A stretch of 64,000 nucleotides of DNA from positions 76,260,001-76,324,000 of the forward strand of contig OX597821.1 in assembly GCA_951406725.2 (NCBI GenBank), given 5' to 3'. A program made the translations under genes and the position numbers. Of the stretch, positions 53,095 through 64,000 are shown piece by piece. Numbering within the stretch: position 1 is the stretch's first letter; the number at the start of each line of letters is the position of its first letter. Source of the stretch: Octopus vulgaris (taxonomy: Eukaryota). The notes under the pieces were generated by a model. That model saw only the letters and a list, made by a program, of their open reading frames with translations, was not told where the DNA came from and did not search any database.

Positions 53095-53657
53095 GTATGT
53101 ATGTTATTATTATTTTTACTTATGTATTTATACGTATATATATATATAAATATATATATGCATTTGTAGATTACATATACATAACTATATATGCATGTAT
53201 GTATGTATGTATGTATGTATGTATGTACACACACACATATACATGCACATATATATATATGCGTGTGTGTAAATAGTATGTGAGAGTGGGTGTGAGTGTC
53301 TACATGTGTTTGTGTGCGCGTTGCGCGTTGCATGTTTACATATACATACAAACGCGCATACATATCTTTTTTATTCTACTGGCTTCTGCCAGAGATTGTG
53401 GCCATGCCGGAGCAATTTTTACTTTGTATTTGTTCCAGTCAGGTATATGTGCTCGTATATTTCTGTGTATGTTCGCCTATTTCTGCATGTGTACGTTATA
53501 CACAGGTTACTGGACAAATGATTACTAAAATTATTTCATTAAATGTATGAAAGCCATTTACGAATAGAGGAAGATAAGTGCAAACGAACTAAAATATTAT
53601 GTATACACGCGCGCGCGCATACACTCACAAGCACACACAGACATGTGTACATACATA

Positions 53658-53840
53658 TACGGTAATCACTCGACTATCTTGGGTAATAATTAAAATCTAA
53701 AAAATATAAATACGTATCGGCCTCAGAAACCCGCGATATACTGAGGAGTCTGCGATACAAATTTACATATATTAGCCATAGAATCCGAATTGTACTGAGT
53801 GCGTGATAGGTGAACCGCGATATGACGAGGGACTACTGTA
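53658..53840. mobile_element. Tigger/pogo-like MITE
   Basis: tacggtaatcactcgactatc ... gatatgacgagggactactgta; TA ends; related end at ~60183. Confidence 0.55.
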
Positions 53841-53937
53841 TGTATATATATATATATATATGTATGTGCGTGTGTGTGTGTGTGTGTATATGTATACATA
53901 TATGTATATATATATTTAAATATAAATATATATATAT

Positions 53938-53980
<43 letters not shown>

Positions 53981-54007
53981 TATATACATCTATGCATATG
54001 CTTAAAT

Positions 54008-54062
<55 letters not shown>

Positions 54063-54079
54063 TATGCATATGCTTAAAT

Positions 54080-54191
<112 letters not shown>

Positions 54192-54373
54192 AATACAGTC
54201 CGATGACGGCCTAGCTGACCAAGACTCGAACTTCCAAGTCACTATAAATATTGTTGTTGTTAAAGAACAATAAATTTGTACTCTTCAAATTAATGTGTTG
54301 AGTAATACTTCCACTAAATTTTAAATTGTTTTTACTATAACTTAAAAACAAACACTAACTTATATATAAACAC

Positions 54374-54414
<41 letters not shown>

Positions 54415-54445
54415 CAACCACACACACATGCACACACGTACACAA

Positions 54446-54483
<38 letters not shown>

Positions 54484-54488
54484 GTGTG

Positions 54489-54549
<61 letters not shown>

Positions 54550-54552
<3 letters not shown>

Positions 54553-54713
54553 CGACGGGCTCCCTTCCGTTTCCGTCTACCAAATCCACTCAAAAGGCTT
54601 TGGTCGCTACGAGGCTCTAATAGAAGACACTTGCCCATGGTGCCACGCAGTGGGTCTGGAATCGAAACCATGTGGTTGGGAAGCAAGCTTTTTACCACAC
54701 AACCACGCCGCTA
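54550..54713 (-). mobile_element. 5' half of SINE family A
   Basis: Homologous to 42722-42890. Confidence 0.8.
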
Positions 54714-54889
54714 TATAATGGAATAAGTTGGAATCAACAAGAAGTAGTAAAGTGGAACGTTTATTTGTAATCACTACAATTGTTTCCACACAACGTAGTT
54801 CTTCATATTCTCACGTATTTGTTATTTCCTTATTGGAGTGTGCAGTAAAGAGGGGAACATTATTATTCATATGGTGAGATTTTGTGCTT

Positions 54890-54926
<37 letters not shown>

Positions 54927-54989
54927 TAACAGGATGAGATAAAAGAAATCCAAGTCTGTGAAAGTTTTCAGAACATTTTACAGAGAAGA

Positions 54990-55035
54990 TTTTACAACTG
55001 TTTCTGGGATAATTTATATGTCCCTTCATCAGAGA
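54990..55035 (-). ncRNA. Minimal HHR motif next to (TA)n
   Basis: tct-CTGATGA-aggga catataaatta tccca-GAAA-CAGTTG-TA; same layout as 989-1062. Confidence 0.7.
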
Positions 55036-55240
55036 CGGTGCGAGAAAACGTTTAAGTAATAGTCATTATAGAGAAGATATGAAATACAGAGTGAAGTGAT
55101 GGAATGAAAACAGACGTGAAACACGTAAAAATATTGTATCTGCAGTTCCATTATTTAAGCCGAATGGTGTATATATAAGTTTCCTGACATACAACATACA
55201 GACATACAACACATACACACGCACACACACTCACACGTGC

Positions 55241-55286
<46 letters not shown>

Positions 55287-55307
55287 TATATACTATATAT
55301 ATATATA

Positions 55308-55351
<44 letters not shown>

Positions 55352-55555
55352 TCACACGTGTATATAATCCATATCATGCATAGAGCTTATATGTTATTTA
55401 TTAACGCTCGTATATCTCATATATGTGCATAACGTCAGAATGTGTTGTGAGTGTATTTGTTTTAGAATATACGAGCATACATGAGGAATGTGTGAGGAGG
55501 GGGGGCGTGCGTGTAAACTTAACGTCATATTTGTATATATACGTACACCTATATT

Positions 55556-55595
<40 letters not shown>

Positions 55596-55596
55596 G

Positions 55597-55637
<41 letters not shown>

Positions 55638-55912
55638 ATATACATATAAATACATATATATACATATGTATATATATATATACATTTATGTATACATTTA
55701 TATAATTATATATATGTATATATATAAATATATACATTTATATAATTATATATATGTATATATATAAATATATGTATATGTATATATGTATGGATATATA
55801 TGTATGCGTTTTCCTAGATATGTGTGTATATATATATTTATTATTTATATATGTGCGTCTACATATACAGAGATAGAGAGAGAGAGAGGGAGATAGAGAA
55901 AGAGAGAGAGAG

Positions 55913-55946
<34 letters not shown>

Positions 55947-55947
55947 T

Positions 55948-56012
<65 letters not shown>

Positions 56013-56588
56013 GCACACATATACATAAATACACACAAACATGCTGATATATGCCTATATACATACATGTGTACATAGACGCACGCGCGCGTAAAAATGC
56101 ACACATACACACATATCTGTATAATTAAATGTCCTTTATAGAAAAAAAGAATAGAAATTAAATTTTTTCCATAAATTCTTTTATTAAATTCCCTCCATTG
56201 TTGAAGTCACTTTTATTTCAGAAATATTTTGATGCAATTACGTACAGAGAAATTTTAAAATTTTTATTTCATTAGCTTATTTCACCAAATCTATTCATAC
56301 GTTCTCTTTTGAATGGAATGTTATCCTGAAAAGTAATAAAGATAATAAACAGCTTGTGGGTTCGAGCAAGGCACCAGATCAATGAGAAAGAAGTTAGCGT
56401 TATGCACAACGGTAAACTAACGATATTCTTTTATAAGTATAGATCTTTAACTATTATATTAGTACAAAATGATTTGTGAATATCGCTAGTAAAATTAGTT
56501 AGACGTTTTCATTACGATAGTTTTTTATTATGATAGTTCAAATACACCAAGTTATCTACAAACGATGCATAAACGTTGAGTTTATTTT

Positions 56589-56624
<36 letters not shown>

Positions 56625-56714
56625 AACTGGTTCTAAATTCTATCCTATTTGATATGTTTTGCAAAGTTAACACATCGTAGGTGATATGTTTTTTTTTTCT
56701 TGGTTGATATATCT

Positions 56715-56910
56715 CTTTTACTTGCTTCAGTCATTTGATTGCGACCATGCTGGAGCACCGCCTTTAGTCGAGCAAATCGACCCATGACTTATTCTTTGGA
56801 AGCCTAGTACTTATTCTATCGGTTTCTGTTGCCGAACCGCTATGTTACGGGGACGTAAACACACCAGCATCGGTTGTCAAGCCATGTTGAGGGGACAAAC
56901 ACAAATACAA

Positions 56911-56964
<54 letters not shown>

Positions 56965-57153
56965 TATTATTATTATTATTATTATTATTACGACGGGCTT
57001 CTTTCAGTTTCCGTCTACCAAATCCACTCACAAGGCTTTGGTCTGCCTGAGGCTATCGTAGAAGACATTTGGCCAAGGTGCCACGCAGTGGGAATGAACC
57101 CGGAACCACGAGGTTTGTAAGCAAGCTACTTACCACACAGCTACTCCTACGCC
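56715..57153 (-). mobile_element. Full-length SINE family A
   Basis: Reverse complement of 42722-43130 along its length. Confidence 0.85.
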
Positions 57154-58057
57154 TTTGTTGGTATTTTAGTTTTTATTATTACCATAATATTACAGCCACG
57201 GACCACATGACTCTTAAATATCAGTTTATTATATTCAGTTCTCAAAATATATTCATCTTCTTACGCCCACTGTTGATTTTACTGTTCGACTTTTCTCTAA
57301 TTCAGTTATCGACATGTCGTTCCAGTTTTAGAAAGACTAGTAACCATGCACTCACTGTTAGTGATTTCTCCAATAAACACATCAGTTTAGATCTATAGAG
57401 AGAATTGAAGGATACCAGCTGCGAATCAAAACTTTTTCCTCGGAAATATACCTTTGGGTTTCCTCCCTTCTCTCATAAATGCAGAATCTATCATTCTATA
57501 CGCTTATATTATTGATTATATGAAGTAAATAGAATGTAAAGACATATTTTGCCACCTTATTAATTGAAGAGTTCTGTGAGGCTGTAACATACTTGCATCT
57601 ATGAAGGAGAGTTGCTAATCAAAATATGTTAACTGGAAATTGAAATTGTCTTAAAGACATAGTCGAATGGTCAAAAGCAACCGATGCAGCTGTTCTTCAT
57701 CGAACTCCAGCGATCTATTATGTTTTGATGCGTTTGAGAAGAGAAGTAAACCGTTGTATTTTTCCTAGAAGAGTTTGGCTAGTTCGAGCGCTTTGGGAAA
57801 TGAAGTGCCCAGTGTTTCGGGATTTAGCCTTCGTCAAGGAGTGAGGAGTATGGAGTAAGTGGTGTTTTTATTTTCGCTCTCAACTGGTAAATGATAAAGT
57901 GACTGGCCTAAACGAATGAGATGTACGAGGGTGTTGTAGAGAACGAAGAAAAGAGCCAAATGCTGAACGAGACGAAGGGAAGTTTAGAAACTGCCAATGC
58001 TTCAAACAAGGGAGAAATATAGAGACGGTAAAGTAAAGGGAGAAGAAGAGAAATAAT

Positions 58058-58443
58058 CCTTTCTACTCTAGGCCTGAAACTTGGGGGAGGGAGATAGTCG
58101 ATTACATCGACACCAGTGCATAACTGGTACTTATTTCGTCGACCCCGAAAGGATGAAAGGCAAAGTCGACCTCGGAGGAATTTGAACTCAGAACGTTAAG
58201 ACAGACGAAATACCTGTTTCTTTTACCTACCAAGGGGCTAAACACAGAGGGAACAAACAAGGACAGACAAACGGATCAAGTCGATTATATCGACCCCAGT
58301 GCGTAACTGGTACTTATCTAATCGACCCCGAAAGGATGAAAGGAAAGTCGACCTCGGCGGAATTTGAACTCAGAACGCAGCGGCGGACAAAATACCCCTA
58401 AGCAGTTCGCCCGGCGTGCTAACGGTTCTGCCAGCTCGCCGCC
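58058..58443 (-). mobile_element. SINE family B tandem dimer
   Basis: Two units with the junction at ~58215. Confidence 0.85.
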
Positions 58444-58962
58444 CTGGAAGATGAGAAATAATGTGAACGCAATGAAAATATTAGGAACAAAACCAACAAC
58501 AAAACGCGATCAGGAATTTTGCATTGAAAGGAAACAGAGTGGAAATATCTAATGTTTCACACTGTGGTCCTTCATCAATAAAGACAAGGGAAGAAATTAA
58601 GAAAGTTCCATGGAATTAGTGTTTAGGGTCAAAGCCACAGTCGGTAAAAATATTTATGTAAAAAGTATTTTTGCAAAACTAAGATGGAAGCCAAACGACA
58701 ACAAGTTGGACGGACGATTGAGTGGGAAGCGAAAAGCAAGTCGGCGCCTAAAAAATAAGATATCCAAAGAGAAGTAACAATGATTGGATATTGACCTGAA
58801 ATATATGAATGTAGTCGTAGACTTAGACACAAAATAAGGTATAAATGTACTTACGAGGGTGTTTCTATAGGCATACCTGCAAACACACATGATTCTTTTA
58901 CATTTACGAAATTTTTGATAGGAAGCTGAGAGATGAGATAACGGAATTGAGTTTGTGATAGT

Positions 58963-59084
<122 letters not shown>

Positions 59085-59409
59085 TACACACGTTCACACA
59101 AGCACACACAAACACACACAACGCTTATACACACACACATACGTGCACACACATGCACACACACAAATCTTCGTGTGCTGAGGTTTGTAGTGGTGGATGT
59201 GCGTATATATATATATATATGTATGTGCGCGCTCACGTTTATCTGAGTGTGTATGTTAGCTTGTATAGATTCATAGGTAATTATGTGTGTGTATGAGTAC
59301 GTATCCATGTTTGTACGTATGTATGTTTGTATATATATACATTTATGCACATATACATATATATATGTATGTATGTATTTATTTATATACATATATATAT
59401 TTATTTATG

Positions 59410-59470
<61 letters not shown>

Positions 59471-59784
59471 GTATGTATAATTTCAAGAGAAACGCAGTAA
59501 GATGCTTTATAATTCAATCAGTGTAGCCGCAGCAATCGTCTCTTAGCTTTATTTTTAAATTATGTTTAAATTATGACGTGTTAATTATTTTGCTAATTGA
59601 TATTTTCTGTTTATCGTTCTACTTGATGCTTCATTGACAATTACACATTTCTAAGTTTCTATTAATTTTTCAAACGCGGTGCCTTATTTTTTCATAAAGT
59701 GCATACTATATACCTGTATGCATGTAGCTGTATGTATGTAGAAGGTACATGACTGGAACATTTTACACGCACACACACACAAAA

Positions 59785-59883
<99 letters not shown>

Positions 59884-60023
59884 TACGGAGATGTACTTGC
59901 ATAGCAAGTGACTTGATCTGAGATCTTGTGCTGAAACAAAAACAATTGCAGCGTGGAAGGTATTTAAAAAGCTATTTAAAAACACACAAAAACCGTTAGA
60001 TTCACTTCAACATTGAAATTTAA

Positions 60024-60074
60024 TTTGTCAAAATATTTGCGTTGCTTTGAAATTGCGACCTGTTCACTGACAAA
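60024..60074 (-). ncRNA. HHR-like motif with swapped G3-C8 core (GUGAACA)
   Basis: tttgtca-GTGAACA-g gtcgc aatttcaaa gcaac-GCAA-ATAT-TT-tgacaaa; 7-bp stem I; lies in a unit starting at (TA)n at ~59883. Confidence 0.55.
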
Positions 60075-60264
60075 ATTCAGTGCCGCATCTATATGTGTGT
60101 GTGTGTGTGTGTGCATATACATACACATATATATAAATGTATGTATATATATGTATATATACATATATGTATACATTTATATTCAGTAATTCCTCGCCAT
60201 ATTGCGGTTTATTATCTAAGCTTACGCCGATTCCTCCTTGGTGTTGTTTTGCACTTATTATAAA

Positions 60265-61974
60265 CTAGCATTATGACCCGTCGTTGCCGGGTCATAGTGC
60301 TAGTGCATGTATATATGTGTATATATATGTGTACATATTACATGTACATCTATATATATACATCTACACATAAAATACAAAATACAAAGTTATATCTTGA
60401 TACCGCTAGTGATAACAATACTCAAAATATATAACAGACTGGAATTGTAGGCCCGTCTCTTGCAATTTCGATCAATTGTATCTTGTCCTCTCTCTTGTAT
60501 AGAAGTGTGGCTACAATCCAGCCTACCTCTACTTCTTGGGGGCCATTTTTAATTTTTATCCGGGACGTCCTACGTCCCAGATATAAAGGTAAAAATAAAA
60601 TATTTCCACTTTTCAAGGTTCGAGTCGAGTACTCCCTTGCACGCTCCGTTGACTCGAACCTTGCTTCTATTGTGGAGAATTTACCACCTCTAGTTAGATA
60701 TCTTTCATAGTCGCACCAAGACACTTTTCGAAGGTGCTTTCCTCCAGGTGTTCAAATCTTTTATTTTCTCTACATTGTATACTTTATAGACAATAGTCTT
60801 TTCTTTAATTTAATTTTTTATTTCGTTTGGTGGTGTTATCCTAGATTCACCGTCTTTGTCGGTGATCAATCCGTATTTCTTCCATTTCGCGCCCACCGAC
60901 GGCTGCAGCGAAATTCATTTTTGGACTTTCTTCTATCGAAGGCATTCTAACAAAAATGCTTCCGTGTAAACGGTGAAAATATTGTCAATTTCCCCAAACA
61001 GGGACCCAATTCAATTTTTAAACAATAACCAAAGCTCCTTTTCCCAAAGGGGGAGGATTACAGTTTACAATTATTTAACAAATGCAACACAACAATGTTT
61101 CCTTTACGAGGAACCAGCAAACGTGATAACAATAGTTAGACTAATAATAATAACAACAAACCTTACGATGAATCAGAAAGCAGTAAGCAGTTGAAGCTTT
61201 TGTCCTTTATGTATAAAAAATAAACCAACAGCAGTACTCTGTAGAACCGGCTGTTCGAGAAAACAGATATTACATACAGCCAAACTCCATATAGATACTT
61301 AATGCTAGCTAATTAGCAGATAATCTAATGTAAAAGCACAGCTCCATCTGGACTATTCCATTTCTGCACGCTAATTTTATTTTTAATTTATTCCCATTCA
61401 TGTGAAACCACTTATTCAAGTTCAAGTCATTGATGCAATTTTATACCAATTGCTATTTTTACTTTTGTTATGTTACGATTATATTATACTTTAGTTTGAT
61501 TTTAATTATTACTTACTACATATAATTCAATTGTTATTATTATTTTTATTGTTAAAGTGAAAGTATCTGACATAAAATAGAGAAATGTTTTTGTTTCACT
61601 TTCAACAAGTAATACTGAAATTGTGGAGAAGATATGATATTGCTATGGGCTCGCTCTAAGCAAGAAGATGAACATTTTTTCCCATGAAACTACATGGACC
61701 CTAAGTATGGCATGTGTAAAATTTGAATGCAATTGGTTATGTAGTTCTCAAGTTTTAGGGAATCGCAGTGGAGAAAATATGATATTGCTGTGGGCTCGCC
61801 CTAGGCAAAAAGTTAAAAAAAACTTTTGCCGATGACACTCCCCGGACTCTAAGTAAGGAATGTGTAAAATTTGAATGAAATTGGTTGTGTAGTTCTCAAG
61901 TTTTAGGAAAACACACAGACAGACAGATAGACAGACAGACAGACACACATTCTCAGTTTTATACATAGAGAGAT
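60265..61974 (-). mobile_element. Possible non-autonomous Helitron-type element
   Basis: Minus 5' end TCTCTCTATGTATAAAAC followed by (GTCT)n and a duplicated block (61620-61760 and 61770-61910); hairpin plus CTAGT at 60265-60305. Joining the two ends is inference. Confidence 0.45.
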
Positions 61975-62090
61975 GAACATATACAAATTATAAAAATAAT
62001 TGTAAAATATACAGTATAGTACTGTTTCTACGTCGCGGATTTTCACCTATAGAGATGTAAGTATATGTACATACATCTATATATGTGTTT

Positions 62091-62165
<75 letters not shown>

Positions 62166-62342
62166 TATGTGGGCACAGGACGTCACGAAATGTGTACAAC
62201 AATAAAGTACGAAGCACGAGTACATGGAACATGAACTATTCTATCGAACAACGAAAGAGACAAATGGAAAACAAAACAAACAACATAAAGAACAACCCTT
62301 CATCAGTTGTTGGCTGTTTCTCTAGTTTCAAACATACATACA

Positions 62343-62378
<36 letters not shown>

Positions 62379-62687
62379 CATGCATATATACATGCATACA
62401 GACTGACAGACAGACAAACATGTGTAGAATAATGAATAAAATGAGGAACAAGTAAAGCCTGTGACATTTTGCGCCGGAAATATGAGGGTTTTTTTTTTTA
62501 ACTTTCTGCTTTGTTAGAAGCTTTCCTTATTCCTCATTCCATTCATTATTCTACTTCGGTGCTACAGTGCTTCAAGCGAACTACAACGCTCTTCCATGTA
62601 TGTGTATATGTGTGTATGTGTGTGTATGTGTTTGTACATGTATGTAGGTTCGTGCGGCTGCATGTACGCATATATGTATGTGTGTGC

Positions 62688-62723
<36 letters not shown>

Positions 62724-62989
62724 TTGTTAAAGGAATCGCTCATAGTGCATATATGATTTGTGTAGTCTTTTCAAAGCTGAACAGACATGTCGATATCCAA
62801 ATATGTTTATAATCCAACATTTTCGATCATTTATCGAAGTTCTTCCCTCTCACTCTGACCATTCTATCTTTTTTTTTATCTCTCATCCTATCTTTCTTTC
62901 CTTTTTTCGTCTTTCTCTCTCATTCTCACTTCTATTTAAATATTTCTGTCTTGTATAAGCTGTCGAGAAGCTGTCACAATCGTTATCAC

Positions 62990-63130
62990 GATTCAAATTC
63001 CGCCGAAGTCAACTTTGCCGTTAATCCTTTCGGGGTCGATAAAACAAGTACCCGTGGAGTACTGGGGTCGATGTAATCTTCTTACCCAATCCCGCAAAGT
63101 TGCTGGCCTTGTACCCAAATAAGAAACCAA
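62990..63130 (+). mobile_element. SINE family B fragment
   Basis: ttcaaattccgccgaagtcaactttgcc...cctttcggggtcgat. Confidence 0.75.
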
Positions 63131-64000
63131 TATTTCTATTTTGTTCTACTTATCATATTTCTTATTCTCTCGACGTTCATTTCTATCCCTGTCTCAATTC
63201 TTTACCTGCTCTCTTTCACATTTATTCATACCTTTCTTCTCGTCTCTCGGAATTTCTTTACTTGCTACCACCACCATAGCGAGCCATCCCTGACGGTCTT
63301 TTCAATTAGGTACCTCACTCTTCACTTCTAATCGTTTCCTCCAACTATAATGAGACCTTAGTCCTTTTAGTTCTGTCGTGATTTTACTCGGTGAGTTTTA
63401 TTTCTTTCCATATATGGTCAAATGATTTCCTTTTGTGTACATATGTTTAGATATACGTATGTATCTGAGAGCAGAATAAAACAAGACTAGGTTAGACTCT
63501 ATATTATAAAATCATAAGCTACATAATCTTTACACGTTTTTCACTAACGTGTACAAGTACGTCGTGCGGTAATCGTTACTTGGACGATTGCATAATCACC
63601 TTAGAATAGGTTCTCCAGAAGAGAATATTCTAAGTTTATCCCATGTTATTAATCAGCCTCAGTTTACTGGTAGGTCTAAATAACCAGTTCAACTAACTAA
63701 TCAACGCACATACATTCCGTAAGCCATACGAGAAAAATTATGCCTCGCTATCTAAACATATATGGACATTAAAGCTAAATATTCTGGGAGACCAACTAAT
63801 TCATATAGAAATAATCTTTTTTAAAGTCTGAAACACAATAAAACCCAACTTTCTATACAAAGAATACCATGACCTGAATCTGACACGTCTAAACTGAAAC
63901 CACCCCTGTAAAGAGTTATTTCCACGGTTGATTAAACTTTAAACAGTATCACAATTCCCACTTCAGACTAAAGAAAAAATCTTCCAGCAATAACTTTCTA

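Overview
AT-rich eukaryotic DNA full of microsatellites and transposable elements; the SINE families look like octopus (coleoid cephalopod) repeats, which is recognition from memory and not database-verified. No intact host gene is visible, only a weak candidate first exon on the minus strand near 24.15-24.95 kb. Most listed ORFs are microsatellite artefacts. The window holds CR1-type LINEs (APE+RT), R4/Dong-type RLE LINEs in (TAA)n, L1/Tx1-like, Tc1 and mariner remnants, Helitron-like ends, MITEs and three SINE families. The signal not explained by the ORF track is about 15 minimal type I hammerhead-ribozyme (HHR) motifs (stemI-CUGANGA-stemII-GAAA-palindromic stemIII-NUH-stemI'). They lie in short ORF-less elements, mostly beside (TA)n runs, and many are fold-backs with 40-130 bp inverted arms. 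Penelope-like elements (PLEs) are known to carry such minimal HHRs. Notable here are their density, the family-specific stem III palindromes, two convergent double-HHR elements and one apparent natural G3-C8 core swap. All ribozyme calls were made by eye and none was folded computationally or tested.
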